A stretch of DNA of 64,000 nucleotides, taken from the NCBI GenBank assembly GCA_021802125.1, contig JAKAAX010000001.1:173652-237651 (forward strand). The letters are read 5' to 3'. A program made the position numbers and the translations under genes. Source of the stretch: Thermoplasmata archaeon (GTDB taxonomy: Archaea; Thermoplasmatota; Thermoplasmata; Lutacidiplasmatales; UBA184). Positions 35,260 through 45,515 of this stretch are shown here, one piece after another; positions within the stretch are counted from its first letter, which is position 1; each line of letters begins with the position of its first letter. Below the pieces are notes generated by a model. That model made no database searches, was not told the DNA's origin, and was given only the letters and a program-made list of their open reading frames with translations.

Positions 35260-36828
35260 TCAGGGGGTCGCGGCCGCCTGCGGCACCGCGGGCCGGGGGG
35301 GTCGCGGCGGGACCAGCTGGCGCCTCACCTGGGACGCGATCTCGGCGGCGGGAAGTCGGCTCTGGGCACGGGAATCGCGCTCCCGTAGGGTCACGGTGCC
35401 GTCCTGAAGGGTCTGGGCGTCGACGGTGACCGCGAACGGGGTCCCCACCTCATCCTCCCGGGCGTAGCGCTTGCCCACCGAAGCGGTGAGCGGCACGGCA
35501 ACCGCGATCCCCTGCTCCCGGAGGGTCTCGGCGATCTCCTCCGCCTTCTCGCTGTGCATCTTGCGGATGAGCGGGAGCACGGCCACCTGGGTGGGGGCGA
35601 GGTAGGCGGGGAGCGCCCAGAGCGTGCGGGGGCCCTTCTCCTCCTCGGCCTCCGCGCCCGCCCCGGTGGTCGACGAGGGGGTCTCGGTCTTGAGGTGGAG
35701 GTCGGCCAGGCCCCAGACGTTCCGGTCGACCCCGAAGGTGAGCTCGAGCACGTGGGGCAGGAACTTCTTCTTCCCTGAAGGGTTCACGGAGAGGTCGGTC
35801 CCGGAGCCTTCGCCGTGGCGCGAGAGGTCGTAGTCCCCGCGGTAGTGGACCGCGCCCAGTTCCTTGTACCCCCCTAGGGAATCGAGCTTGACCTCGATGT
35901 CGAAGTGGATGCGGTTGTAGAAGGCGCGCTCCTTCTCGTTCTTCTCGAGGAGCCGGATCCGGTCGGCGGGGTAGCCCAGCACGTCGCGGAAGAACCGCAG
36001 GGAGTGCGCCAGGTGGTAGGCGTAGAAGGGCGGGATGTCGCCCTTCTGGATGAGCTCGCTCGCGGTCACCACCCGGGGCTCGACCGCCCCGGCCGCCCGG
36101 TCCGCTGCGCGCAGGCACGGGAGCTTCTCGTCCGCCACGCGGTCGAACGGGGGCGTGAAGTCCTCCGGGTCGAAGAAGATCTGGAGCTCGGCCTGGGTGA
36201 AGGCGCGCATCCGGAAGAGGACGTTGCGCGGGGCGATCTCGTTCCGATAGGCCTTGCCGATGATGGCGATGCCGAGCGGGAGCTGCTTCCTCCCGACGTC
36301 CCACATGCGGGCGAAGGAGAGGTAGGCCCCCTGGGCGGTCTCGGGCCGAAGGTAGGCCTTCTCCTTCCCCGCGGCGCCGAAGTCGAGGGCGAACATCAGG
36401 TTGAACGGTCGGGGCACGGAGAGCGCCCGCTCCCCGCAACGGGGGCAGGGGAGGTTCTTCTCCTGGAGGAGGCGGCCCAGGGCTTCCGGAGAGAGGCCCT
36501 CCACGTCCGTGACCCCCTTCTCCTCGAGCAGCGTGTCCGCCCGGGCGTGGTGGCCACACTTGGCGCAGGCGACGTCGGCGTCGGCGAAGTGCTCCAGATG
36601 GCCCGAGGACCGGACCACCGCCTCGGGGACGATATCGGCGGGCTCGATCAGGTAGTAGTTGGGGGAGAGCCCGACGAACCAGGAGGCCCAGGCCTCCTCG
36701 AGCCGGTGCTTCACCCCGAGGCCCACGGGACCGTAGTCGTAGAGCCCTGCCGCCCCGCCGTAGATCTCGGCGCTCGGCCAGACGACGCCACGACGCTTGA
36801 ACAGCGAGAGCAGCTCCTCGGTCTGCAT
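35260..36828 (-). CDS. glyS: Glycine--tRNA ligase (alpha2 type)
   Basis: EIYGG, YDYGPVG, SGHLEHF, YLRPETAQG, YRNEIAPR, FRMRAFTQAE, PHVLELTFGVDR, VGKRYAREDEVGTP. Confidence 0.96.
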   Translation of the reverse strand: MQTEELLSLFKRRGVVWPSAEIYGGAAGLYDYGPVGLGVKHRLEEAWASWFVGLSPNYYLIEPADIVPEAVVRSSGHLEHFADADVACAKCGHHARADTLLEEKGVTDVEGLSPEALGRLLQEKNLPCPRCGERALSVPRPFNLMFALDFGAAGKEKAYLRPETAQGAYLSFARMWDVGRKQLPLGIAIIGKAYRNEIAPRNVLFRMRAFTQAELQIFFDPEDFTPPFDRVADEKLPCLRAADRAAGAVEPRVVTASELIQKGDIPPFYAYHLAHSLRFFRDVLGYPADRIRLLEKNEKERAFYNRIHFDIEVKLDSLGGYKELGAVHYRGDYDLSRHGEGSGTDLSVNPSGKKKFLPHVLELTFGVDRNVWGLADLHLKTETPSSTTGAGAEAEEEKGPRTLWALPAYLAPTQVAVLPLIRKMHSEKAEEIAETLREQGIAVAVPLTASVGKRYAREDEVGTPFAVTVDAQTLQDGTVTLRERDSRAQSRLPAAEIASQVRRQLVPPRPPRPAVPQAAATP

Positions 36829-36859
36829 CCTTCCACCCTGAACGCTCCGGCCGGGGCGG

Positions 36860-38080
36860 CTACGCCACCGGGACGGCTCCTCCGACCGCGGACCTCCCGG
36901 GGACAAGAAGATGACGATGGGCCGACCTCGCGGCCACCTGGTAGTACGGGTCCTCGGTGGGCAGCCGTAGGACCAGCGCACGGGAGGGGGCCCCGGCTTC
37001 GAGCCGGGCGGCCGCGGGGCGACCCAGGATCTTCCAGGGGGTCACGAACACGGCGTCGACCAGCGTCCGCGGCTCGAGAGGCTCCCCCCGGGCGCGGCTG
37101 GAGAGGTAGGCGAACTCCATCTCCCGGAAAAGGTCGGGGGCCTGGAACATCACGTTGTCCGTTCCCAGGAGGAGGGGGATCCCGCGGCGTTCGATCTGGG
37201 CGAGCGGCGGGAACCGCCCGTAGAGGGCGTTGGAACGGGGGCAGGCGGCCACGGCCACCTTCGCATCCCGCACCGCGTCCAGGTCCTCCCCCGTCGCTTG
37301 GCAGAGGTGGACGAGAAGGTCCGGCTTGAGGTCGAGCACCGGGTCCAAGGATTCCCAAACGGACTCGCTCGCGTGCAGCGCCAGGCGCTTGCCCGCCCGC
37401 CGGACCTCCTGCCGAGCGAGCTCGGCCGCGCCCAGGGGGAGATCTCGGAGCGCGGAGAGCCCGAGGCCGTCCGCCTCCTGGAGCAGCGCACGGACCTCCC
37501 GGCGGTCCAGCGGGTCGGCCGGACGGCCGAGGGCGATCGCTTCGATCCCCGCGCCCTTCTCCGCCGCCCGGAGGAGCCGGACCCCGGGCGCCGCCTCTTC
37601 CCGGAAGTCCAGGGTCACCGCTGTGCCCAGGGCCGCCATCGCGGAGAGCGAGGCGCGCATCCCCTGGCGTTTCTCGCGCGGAGAGGTCTGCGCAAGCAGT
37701 CGATGCTTGAGCCCGTGCGGCGGGGCCACGACCTGATGGAACGGGAGCTTGGGGGGTTCCTTGGTCCAGACGCTGTCGCCCACGTGCGTGTGGCCGTTCG
37801 CGGCCAGCGGAAGCACGATCCCGTGCAGCTTCCTCTCGCCCGACCGCTCCGGGCCCAGGGTTCCCCGGCTCCCGCGCTCCAGGATCTCGCCCGAGGGCCC
37901 GATCCGTACCTCCCCCGGGACCGCCCCTTCCGAGTCTACGATGACTCCCACGACCCGGAGGACCTGGGGGGCGCCGCGTCGCTCACGCCGAGACGCGGGG
38001 GAGGCCGCGAGCCGCCGGAGGCGGGGCCTGGCTTGGGGAGGCGCCACCCACGGCCCGAGGATGTTCGGCATATAGACCAT
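36860..38080 (-). CDS. Amidohydrolase-family metallohydrolase
   Basis: NGHTHVGDS, PPHGLKHRLL, DFREE, LHASE, LVH, CPRSN, LGTDNVM. Start uncertain. Confidence 0.85.
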   Translation of the reverse strand: MVYMPNILGPWVAPPQARPRLRRLAASPASRRERRGAPQVLRVVGVIVDSEGAVPGEVRIGPSGEILERGSRGTLGPERSGERKLHGIVLPLAANGHTHVGDSVWTKEPPKLPFHQVVAPPHGLKHRLLAQTSPREKRQGMRASLSAMAALGTAVTLDFREEAAPGVRLLRAAEKGAGIEAIALGRPADPLDRREVRALLQEADGLGLSALRDLPLGAAELARQEVRRAGKRLALHASESVWESLDPVLDLKPDLLVHLCQATGEDLDAVRDAKVAVAACPRSNALYGRFPPLAQIERRGIPLLLGTDNVMFQAPDLFREMEFAYLSSRARGEPLEPRTLVDAVFVTPWKILGRPAAARLEAGAPSRALVLRLPTEDPYYQVAARSAHRHLLVPGRSAVGGAVPVA

Positions 38081-38389
38081 CGGGGGGCGCTCTCGCTTGA
38101 CCTCCCCGAGGATGGACGAGGAGGAAGGCTCCTAGGGTTCGGGTCCGCTCCGCGATGCAGAAGCGGGGCCCCTTGTCCGAGAGAAACCGAGCCCTCCCGA
38201 CCTCCTTGTCGGAGGGAAAGTGTTTCGCCCCAGGGGACCGGTATAGGTCCCCCGGGGCGTCCCGGGCGATACGCTCGGAGGGCTTCGGGCGCTCCCGGGT
38301 CGGCCTTCAGCGTCCCGTTGGAAGCCCTCTTCGCCCTGCCCGGTCCGGGTCCTCGGCCACGCTCCTTGGGTCCTTCCCTCTCCTCGATC

Positions 38390-39154
38390 CTACGGGGTCT
38401 TCCCAGGGGCCAGGTGCCCGGGGATGGTGGAGCCGAGGTAGAAGTACGCCGCCAGTGCCGCCAGCGCCATGAAGACCGGGAACGCGAGCAGGAAGAAGCT
38501 CACGTAGATCGGCAGGCGGTAGCGCAGGTCGCCGTTCTTCTCCTCCGTGGTGGAGGGCGAGATGGACTGGGCCGCGCGGACCGCGCCGGTCAGACCCCGA
38601 GCGGAGCGCGACGGAGCGGCGGTGGTCCAGAACATCTTCGAAGTGGCCCCGTTCGCCAGGTAGTGGTCGACGAGGACGGTCGCGGGGAACGCCATGATCC
38701 CCGACACGCCGAACCCGGCGTAGAGGAGCAGCGTCTCGAACGGCTCCTTGGTGTAGCTGTAGCCGTAGCCGGTCCACCCGTAGAACAGGGTGATGCCGCC
38801 CGCGACGAGCGCGAACAGCCCGACGTACTGCAGGCTGAGCTCCTTGTACATCGAGGCGGCAAGGGCCACCAGTACGAGCCCGAAGAGCAGGACCACATCC
38901 GTGAAGAAGATGTTGTACCCGCCCAGGGCAGTCCAGGGCTGATAGTTCCACACCATCTCACCCCACAGTCCAATGATGGTGGCCGCGATCCCCACCCCGC
39001 CCAACGGGACCGATGCTCCCGTCAGCGCCTGGCGGAGTCCCTTCGCGTCGTTCTTGTACATCCGGTACCAGCCGACGAGTCCGACGTACGTCAGAAGCAC
39101 GCCGCCCAAGAGCAGCAGAGCTTCGATCAGTCCGAGGTCATCGATGAACGCCAT
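38390..39154 (-). CDS. DUF981-like polytopic membrane protein
   Basis: MAFIDDL start with AGGAGG SD; GLWGEMVW...YNIFFTD, YTKEP; about 6 TM segments. Confidence 0.75.
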   Translation of the reverse strand: MAFIDDLGLIEALLLLGGVLLTYVGLVGWYRMYKNDAKGLRQALTGASVPLGGVGIAATIIGLWGEMVWNYQPWTALGGYNIFFTDVVLLFGLVLVALAASMYKELSLQYVGLFALVAGGITLFYGWTGYGYSYTKEPFETLLLYAGFGVSGIMAFPATVLVDHYLANGATSKMFWTTAAPSRSARGLTGAVRAAQSISPSTTEEKNGDLRYRLPIYVSFFLLAFPVFMALAALAAYFYLGSTIPGHLAPGKTP

Positions 39155-39563
39155 GGTTCCTCCTTTCCCTCCTTCCGATTCGTCTTCTCCGTTGGTAGGG
39201 CTTATGCCCCACCTCCCGCGTTCCGCCACGTCGCTGCGCTTGAGGTCTTGTTCGGCGTCATGGTCGCCCTCAACAAGGAAATGCGCGCGACAAGCCATCC
39301 GACCTCGGTCCCTGACGTCAGTACCATCAGGAGGTCCGCAGCCATGGCTTCGCACGGGGTTCCGGCTTGCGCAAGCCGAGGTCGCCCCGACCGGCTTCCT
39401 CGAGGAGGATCTCCGCTTTCGTCCGTCCGTGCGGACGGTCAGGAGGAGGGTGGAGGCTCCCGACCTCGGGGCGCTCACGTCCCGTTTCGTCAATTCCTCC
39501 TTACTTGTGCATCATAAGGCGCATTGGGCAAGAAACACCTGAGAGAGTGGGTTCGACGGGAAC

Positions 39564-40841
39564 ATGACCGCAGCAAGGAAGGGAGTGGAGGGGACTCCGC
39601 TCCCTGCGATGAAGGAAGGTGGGACCGAAGCGGACCTCATCCGGCGTGTCCAGCGCACGGGAGCCACGTCACTGACCGTGACCCTTCCCCGGTGGTGGAC
39701 CGAGTCGATGGGCATCCATCCCGGCGACGCCTTGCGGATCCGGGACGCGGGCTCCGGGCGTCTCGAGCTGGCGCCGGAAGCGATCGCGGCCCCGAGCGGC
39801 TCGGCGGCCCAGAGGACCCTCAGTGTCGACGCCCGCGACGCGCCGCCCCATCTCCTGCCGCGTCTCATCATCGGTGCCTACATCACCGGTCACGAGCAGG
39901 TCGTGCTCATGGGCCACATCTCTCCCGCGCAACGGACGGAGGTGACCTCCACCGTCGCCCGGCTCCTCGGAGCGAGCATCGTCGAGGACACCCCCGAACG
40001 GATCGAGATCCAGAACTTCGTCGACCCCACGCACTACGGACTCTCCCGACTCGTCTCCCGGTTGGTCGGGCTCCTGCGTCTGCAGGTGGAGGCTTGTGCC
40101 GCGGCGCTCGGCGACCACGGCGAGCTGGAGATCGAGAGGCTCAAGTCCATGGAGGACGAGGTGGACAAGATCTACCGGCTCATGGTGCGTCAGCTCTTGC
40201 TGGCCAGCGACAACTTCCAGATCGCGAAGGAGATCGGCGTGCCGAGCCACCACTTCCAGATGGGCTCTCGCGTGGTGGCCAAGGCGCTCGAGGAGATCGG
40301 CGACCTTCTCTTCGACATCGGACAGGAGCTCGGAGCGAGGGCGGTGGACGGGTGGGAGGTCCCCACCGAGACCTCCGCCGAACTGGCCCGGTGGCTCTCC
40401 CGCTTCGCCGCGCTCCTCGAGGGGACCACGACCGCGTTCTCCCGGGCCTCCCACACCGAGGCGAACGCCGCGCTCAACGAGATCCTGGGCGAGCTGCCCG
40501 CGCTGGCCGAGGTCGAGAAGACCCTTCCGCGGAGGGTGAAGGACAAGCCCGGTGCGCTCGTCGCCCAGAGGATGCTCTCGGGGCTTCATCAGGCGATGAG
40601 GATGTTGATCGTCATCAACGAGATCACGATCAACCGCGCGGTGGAACCCGAGGCCCTCCCCCGGCTGAAGGACCGGGTGCTCCACTTCCCCGGCAAGCAA
40701 GGGGGGCGGCTCACGGACGGGAACCCTGGAACCCCCTCCGTCCCGTCGCAGGGTCGGAGCGGGCCCCTATCTCCCAGCGCTCCTGTCTCTCCAGCGGCTC
40801 CCGCTTCTCCTGTCCCCCGCGCTCCTCCCCCGGACCCCTGA
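39564..40841 (+). CDS. phoU: Archaeal phosphate-uptake regulator (AbrB-like N-terminus plus PhoU domains)
   Basis: RRVQRTGATSLTVTLPRWW...GIHPGD, IIGAYITG, EDEVDKIYRLMVRQL, LEEIGD. Start may instead be 39609. Confidence 0.85.
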   Translation: MTAARKGVEGTPLPAMKEGGTEADLIRRVQRTGATSLTVTLPRWWTESMGIHPGDALRIRDAGSGRLELAPEAIAAPSGSAAQRTLSVDARDAPPHLLPRLIIGAYITGHEQVVLMGHISPAQRTEVTSTVARLLGASIVEDTPERIEIQNFVDPTHYGLSRLVSRLVGLLRLQVEACAAALGDHGELEIERLKSMEDEVDKIYRLMVRQLLLASDNFQIAKEIGVPSHHFQMGSRVVAKALEEIGDLLFDIGQELGARAVDGWEVPTETSAELARWLSRFAALLEGTTTAFSRASHTEANAALNEILGELPALAEVEKTLPRRVKDKPGALVAQRMLSGLHQAMRMLIVINEITINRAVEPEALPRLKDRVLHFPGKQGGRLTDGNPGTPSVPSQGRSGPLSPSAPVSPAAPASPVPRAPPPDP

Positions 40842-40922
40842 GCGGGCCCAGGCCGGGCTCGGCCGGTCCCCGACCAGGTCGCCCCGGGGCCCCTCCGCGA
40901 AGGCTCCAAAAGGGGGGCCGCT

Positions 40923-41888
40923 GTGCCGGACCCCGTGCCGAAGGGAAGCGCCGGTGCCCCCCTGGACCTGCTGGTCGCGGGCCACCTGAACCTGGACGCC
41001 GAGGTCCGTGTCCCGCACCTCCCTGGGAACGACCGTACCGTCCCTGTCCTCGGGAGAAGGGAGAGCCTGGGCGGGACCGCCGCGAACATCTCACGTTGGG
41101 CCTCGCACTTGGGCGTGCGGACGGCCCTGGCCGCGTTCGTCGGGCCGGACCTCCCTCCGCGGTTCTTGAAACGCCTGAAGCGGGACGGCGTGGAGACCGC
41201 GGACGTCGTCGTCCGCGCGGGGGAGTTCACACCCGTGTGTTGGATCTTCGAGGACGGGAAGGGAGGGCAGACCACCGTCATCGACCAGGGGGCGATGCGG
41301 TCGACGAAGACGGAGGGGTTGCCCCTGCGCTCGCTCCGGCGCGCACGTCTCGTCCACATCACGACCGGCGACCCCGTGTTCCAGCTCCGGCTGGCTCGCG
41401 CCGCCCGCCGGGCCGGCAAGATCGTCGCCTTCGACCCGGCCCAGGAGGTCCACTACCGGTGGGACCGAAAGGGTCTGGAGGAGCTGCTCGGTCTCTCGGA
41501 GATCTTCTTCGGGAACGAGCAGGAGTACCTCCGCGCGCGACACCTCATCCGGGCCGGCTCCCCCGAGGAGTTCCTCTCCCACGTGCCCGTAGCGGTGGTC
41601 ACCCGGGGCAAACGGGGCGCGAGGGCCTACACCCGTTCGGGCACGATCGACGTTCCCGCGGCTCCGATCCGCCAGTTCCACCGGGTCACGGGGGCGGGCG
41701 ACTCCTTCCGGGGAGGGTTCTACCGGGCCTGGTTCGCCGGAGAGCCGCTGCCCACCTGCCTCACCTGGGGGAGCGCGACGGCGGCCTCCCTCGTGGAGCA
41801 CCCCCCGGGCGTCGAGGGAGAGCTCCCGCCCACCGCGACCATCGAGAGGAAGGTCCCCGCCCGCCCGCGCGTTTCGAAGGGAAGATGA
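40923..41888 (+). CDS. PfkB-family carbohydrate/nucleoside kinase
   Basis: GHLNLD, GGTAANI, VGPD, FDPAQE, GNEQE, VTRGKRG, TGAGDSFRGGF. Confidence 0.88.
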   Translation: MPDPVPKGSAGAPLDLLVAGHLNLDAEVRVPHLPGNDRTVPVLGRRESLGGTAANISRWASHLGVRTALAAFVGPDLPPRFLKRLKRDGVETADVVVRAGEFTPVCWIFEDGKGGQTTVIDQGAMRSTKTEGLPLRSLRRARLVHITTGDPVFQLRLARAARRAGKIVAFDPAQEVHYRWDRKGLEELLGLSEIFFGNEQEYLRARHLIRAGSPEEFLSHVPVAVVTRGKRGARAYTRSGTIDVPAAPIRQFHRVTGAGDSFRGGFYRAWFAGEPLPTCLTWGSATAASLVEHPPGVEGELPPTATIERKVPARPRVSKGR

Positions 41889-41940
41889 GGCTCGGACGTT
41901 CGAGGCCCTTCCCCCGCACGCCGCTCTCGGAGGTCCTAAG

Positions 41941-43173
41941 ATGAGGATGACCGCGCTCGAGCGCCTCATCTCGGTGGAGGAGGCACGCCGACGCCTCCTT
42001 GGAGCGATCCACCCCGTCCGACGCACGGAGAGCATCCCCCTCGCCCAGGCGGTGGGCCGTGTGGCGTCGCGTCCCGTGCGCGCGCCCCGCCCCATCCCCT
42101 CCTTCCTCCGCGCGACCTGGGACGGGTACGCCTTCCGGGCCGTGGATGTGAAGGGGGCGAGCCGTTCGGCGCCTCGGTCCCTGCGTATCGTGGGCGAGCT
42201 GCACGCGGAGGAGCGGCTCACGCGACCGATCCGCGCGGGGGAGTGCGTGGCGATCGCCACGGGCGCGGCCCTTCCGTCGGGAGCGGACACCGTCGAGCTC
42301 TTCGAGAACGTGACCCTCGGCGAAGGAGAGGTCACTCTCACCTCCCCCGTGGGCCGGGGGAACGGCCTCGCCGAGCCGGGGGAGGACATCCGGCGCGGTC
42401 AGCGTCTGTTGGAGCGGGGAGACGTGCTCACCCCGGCCAGGATCGGGGCCGTCGGCGCGACCGGGGCCGACTCGGTGGAAGTGTTCGCACGACCCACGGT
42501 CGTCCTCGTGCCCAACGGGAACGAGCTCGTCCCTCCGGGGGGAGAGCTCGCGCCCGGCCGGATCCACGAGTTCAACAACTTCACCCTGGGCGCCCTGGTC
42601 TCCGCCTCGGGGGGGATCGCCCTGCCCCTCCCGCCGGTTCAGGACGACCCCGCCCTGATCCAGGGCACACTCGAGGGAGCCCTGCGGTACGCGGACCTGG
42701 TGCTCGTGACGGGTGGAAGCTCCGTGGGAGAGCGCGACTTCCTCCCCACGATCTTCCCCCGGATGGGTCGGTTGCTGTTCCACGGCATCAAGGTCCGGCC
42801 CGGAAAGCCCACGCTGGCGGCGACGGTCGGCCAGAAGGTCATGATCGGGATGCCCGGCCACCCGACGAGCTGCCTGTCCAACGGCTTCTGGCTCCTACTT
42901 CCCGCGATCCGCAAGCTCGCTTCCCTCCCGGGCGACGGGACGACCCTGGAGCGCGCCCGCCTGCGCGTGGACCACGAGGGCCCCACGAGCGGGTTCGCAT
43001 CCGTCGTCCCGGTCCGAGTCGAGGACGGGTGGGCGACGCCCACGTATCGGGGCTCCTCCGCCATCACGAGCCTGACGACCGCGAACGGGTACACGTTGTT
43101 CGGCCCCCGGCAGGGGAAGGTCCGGCGCGGTGCCGAGGTCTTGGTTCATCGCTTCCCCTTCCCGCTGGGCTGA
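41941..43173 (+). CDS. moeA: Molybdopterin molybdenumtransferase MoeA
   Basis: DGYAFRA, IATGAALPSGAD, GEDI, GNEL, TGGSSVGERDF, RPGKP, MPGHPTS. Confidence 0.93.
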   Translation: MRMTALERLISVEEARRRLLGAIHPVRRTESIPLAQAVGRVASRPVRAPRPIPSFLRATWDGYAFRAVDVKGASRSAPRSLRIVGELHAEERLTRPIRAGECVAIATGAALPSGADTVELFENVTLGEGEVTLTSPVGRGNGLAEPGEDIRRGQRLLERGDVLTPARIGAVGATGADSVEVFARPTVVLVPNGNELVPPGGELAPGRIHEFNNFTLGALVSASGGIALPLPPVQDDPALIQGTLEGALRYADLVLVTGGSSVGERDFLPTIFPRMGRLLFHGIKVRPGKPTLAATVGQKVMIGMPGHPTSCLSNGFWLLLPAIRKLASLPGDGTTLERARLRVDHEGPTSGFASVVPVRVEDGWATPTYRGSSAITSLTTANGYTLFGPRQGKVRRGAEVLVHRFPFPLG

Positions 43174-43267
43174 GAGGACCGCCCCGCTCCCACGAGCGCG
43201 GCGCGGGCCCTGTTTCCGGCCCGAGGCCGGCGGCAAAGCTCCTAAGCCGGTCCGTTTCCCTACGGTC

Positions 43268-44104
43268 GTGAGCGAGGACGCCCCGCGCATCGCCATCCTC
43301 TCCATCGAGGGAACGAACTGCGACCAGGAGCTCGAGCGCGCCTTCCAACTGCTCGGAGCGGCCCCCGAGGTCGTCCACCTGAAGCAGTTCGAGGGACGCG
43401 ACGTGAACCCCTCGCAGCGGCGACGTCTCCACGACTTCAGCGCGCTGATGGTCCCCGGAGGGTTCTCGGCAGGGGACTACGTCCGGGCCGGCGCGGTCCT
43501 GGGCGCCCGCGTGAAGAGCGTCCTGGGGAAGGACCTCGCGGACTTCGCCCGTGCGGGACATCTCGTCGGCGGGATCTGCAACGGCTTCCAGGTCCTGGTC
43601 GAGATGGGGCTCCTCCCCGGTCGCACCGGGGGGGCGCTCGGGTCGCCCCAGGCGGTGCTCAACACGAACGACTCCGCCCACTTCGAGTGCCGCCCGACGT
43701 TCTGCCGGTGGGAGGGAGGCAACTTCCGCCCCCTCGCAGGCCAGGTCGCGAAGGGGACCGTGTTCTACATCCCGTCCGCACACGGCGAGGGCAAGCTCAT
43801 GCTCTCGGGAGAGAAAGGGAACTCGCTCCCCGAGCTGGAACGGAACGGCCAGGTGCTCTTCCGGTGGGTCGATCCGGAGGGACAGGTGGCTGGTTACCCC
43901 TGGAATCCGAACGGAACCGAAGGGAACGTGGCGGGGATCACGAACCCGGAGGGGAACGTATTCGGTCTCATGCCCCACCCCGAGCGGTCGATCTCCCTGT
44001 TGCAGTACCCGGACTACACCCGCCGCGGGGTCCCGGACGGCCCGGGGGACGGCTGGAAGTTCCTCGAAGCGGTCGTCCGCTACGCCCGCAGGTCCGGCTA
44101 CTAG
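43268..44104 (+). CDS. purQ: Phosphoribosylformylglycinamidine synthase glutaminase subunit
   Basis: GTNCDQE, PGGFSAGDY, GICNGFQVL, AHGEG, NPNG, GLMPHPER. GTG start inferred. Confidence 0.95.
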   Translation: MSEDAPRIAILSIEGTNCDQELERAFQLLGAAPEVVHLKQFEGRDVNPSQRRRLHDFSALMVPGGFSAGDYVRAGAVLGARVKSVLGKDLADFARAGHLVGGICNGFQVLVEMGLLPGRTGGALGSPQAVLNTNDSAHFECRPTFCRWEGGNFRPLAGQVAKGTVFYIPSAHGEGKLMLSGEKGNSLPELERNGQVLFRWVDPEGQVAGYPWNPNGTEGNVAGITNPEGNVFGLMPHPERSISLLQYPDYTRRGVPDGPGDGWKFLEAVVRYARRSGY

Positions 44105-44116
44105 GGAGGACCTCCG

Positions 44117-44797
44117 GTGGCCGGGCCGGGAGAGGGCGCTCCCCCACGTTCGTCGGGGATCGGAGTCGAACATACCCGCTCCTGGGAAGCGACCTACCGC
44201 GGGACCCCTTTCGGCGATCTCCCGTGGTTCCAGACCCGCCCCAGCGCATGGATCGTCCGGGGACGGGAGGAGGGATGGGTCCGACGAGGCGGGAGGCACC
44301 TGGACGTCGGGTGCGGAGCCGGGACGAACGTGATGTGGCTCTCCGAGCACGGCCTGCGGGCGACGGGCGTCGACCTTGCCCCCTCCGCCGTGGGGGCCGC
44401 CCGCGGGCGCGCGCTGCGCCGCGCCTCCGCTCGATCCCCCGGGTTCCTCGCCGCCGACGCGCTCTCCCTGCCGTTCCGCAGCGAGAGCTTCGACTCCGCG
44501 AGCGACATCGGTTGCTTCCACACGCTCCCCATCGGACTGCGTCCCCGCTACGGGGAGGAGCTCCACCGGGTGATGCGCGGAGGGGGGAACCTCCTCCTGA
44601 GCTGGGCCGCGCGCGAGGAAACGCGCGAGAGCGGGCCGAGGCACCGTCTCTCGGTCGAAGAGGTCGTCCTAGCGCTGGAGCCGCGGTTCATCGTCCGCCA
44701 CCTCGAGTTCACCTCCCATCCGCGGAGCTGGCGGGGGATCCAGACCTACTCCGCGCTGCTGGAGCGTCGGAAGGCGCCACAGCCTCCCCCCCGCTGA
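44117..44797 (+). CDS. Class I SAM-dependent methyltransferase
   Basis: LPW, LDVGCGAG, GVDLA, DIGCFHTL. Confidence 0.85.
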   Translation: MAGPGEGAPPRSSGIGVEHTRSWEATYRGTPFGDLPWFQTRPSAWIVRGREEGWVRRGGRHLDVGCGAGTNVMWLSEHGLRATGVDLAPSAVGAARGRALRRASARSPGFLAADALSLPFRSESFDSASDIGCFHTLPIGLRPRYGEELHRVMRGGGNLLLSWAAREETRESGPRHRLSVEEVVLALEPRFIVRHLEFTSHPRSWRGIQTYSALLERRKAPQPPPR

Positions 44798-44829
44798 GCG
44801 ACCCGCGCGCGTCCCGGTCAAGGGGGGGC

Positions 44830-45435
44830 TCAGCCCGTGGCCGAGCTCGCCTGGAGTTCCAGGACCCAGAGGGTCTCCGCAGGGAGCACCCGGTCCCCGA
44901 CGAGGTCCACCACGCGCAGGGCAGGGGCTGGCACCGGTAGCCCTCGCGTCCGGATCGGGTTCTCCGGCAAGGAGGCCACGAGCAGGTACGCCCGGCCCCC
45001 CGGACGCAGATGGTCCGGGAGTTCGGCCACGAAGCGGCGCACGAACGCGAGGCCGTCCGGTCCGCCGTCGAGGGCCCGCTCGTGCCAGGGGTCAGGGTCC
45101 CGCCCCTCGCCGGAAGAAGGGAGGTAGGGAGGATTGCACAGCACCAAGTCGAACCGGCCGAGCCCTCCGAACAGGTCTGTCCGAACGGCTCCCACCTCGA
45201 GCCCACGTTGGGCGGCGGCCCGCCGGAGGGCCGCGAGGGCGAACGGGTTGACATCGGTCCCTGTGGCCCGCGCGCCGGCCCGAGCGGCCGAAAGCGTCGC
45301 GAGCCCCATTCCACACCCGATCTCGACGACCCTCTCCCCCCGCTCCACCCGGGCCGAGGTAGCGAGCAGGAGCGAGTCCTCCCGGACCGGGTAGACGTGG
45401 GGGACCTCCCCGAGGTCCAGGTCTCGGAGCTCCAA
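44830..45435 (-). CDS. HemK2/PrmC-type N5-glutamine methyltransferase
   Basis: VYPVREDSLLL, EIGCGMG, DVNP, NPPYLP, ALDGGPDG. Confidence 0.88.
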   Translation of the reverse strand: MELRDLDLGEVPHVYPVREDSLLLATSARVERGERVVEIGCGMGLATLSAARAGARATGTDVNPFALAALRRAAAQRGLEVGAVRTDLFGGLGRFDLVLCNPPYLPSSGEGRDPDPWHERALDGGPDGLAFVRRFVAELPDHLRPGGRAYLLVASLPENPIRTRGLPVPAPALRVVDLVGDRVLPAETLWVLELQASSATG

Positions 45436-45515
45436 GGGGCCGCTCGACGCCCCGCGCCATCTTTACGTTCTCCCCACCCAGACGGGCGCCCTCCCCCGAG
45501 GGAAGGAAGACCCCG

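Noticed and set aside
44830-45435. DNA adenine methyltransferase of a restriction-modification system (NPPY motif)
   Set aside because: Size and the VYP..EDS and DGG.DG motifs match HemK2-type protein methyltransferases; no nuclease partner.
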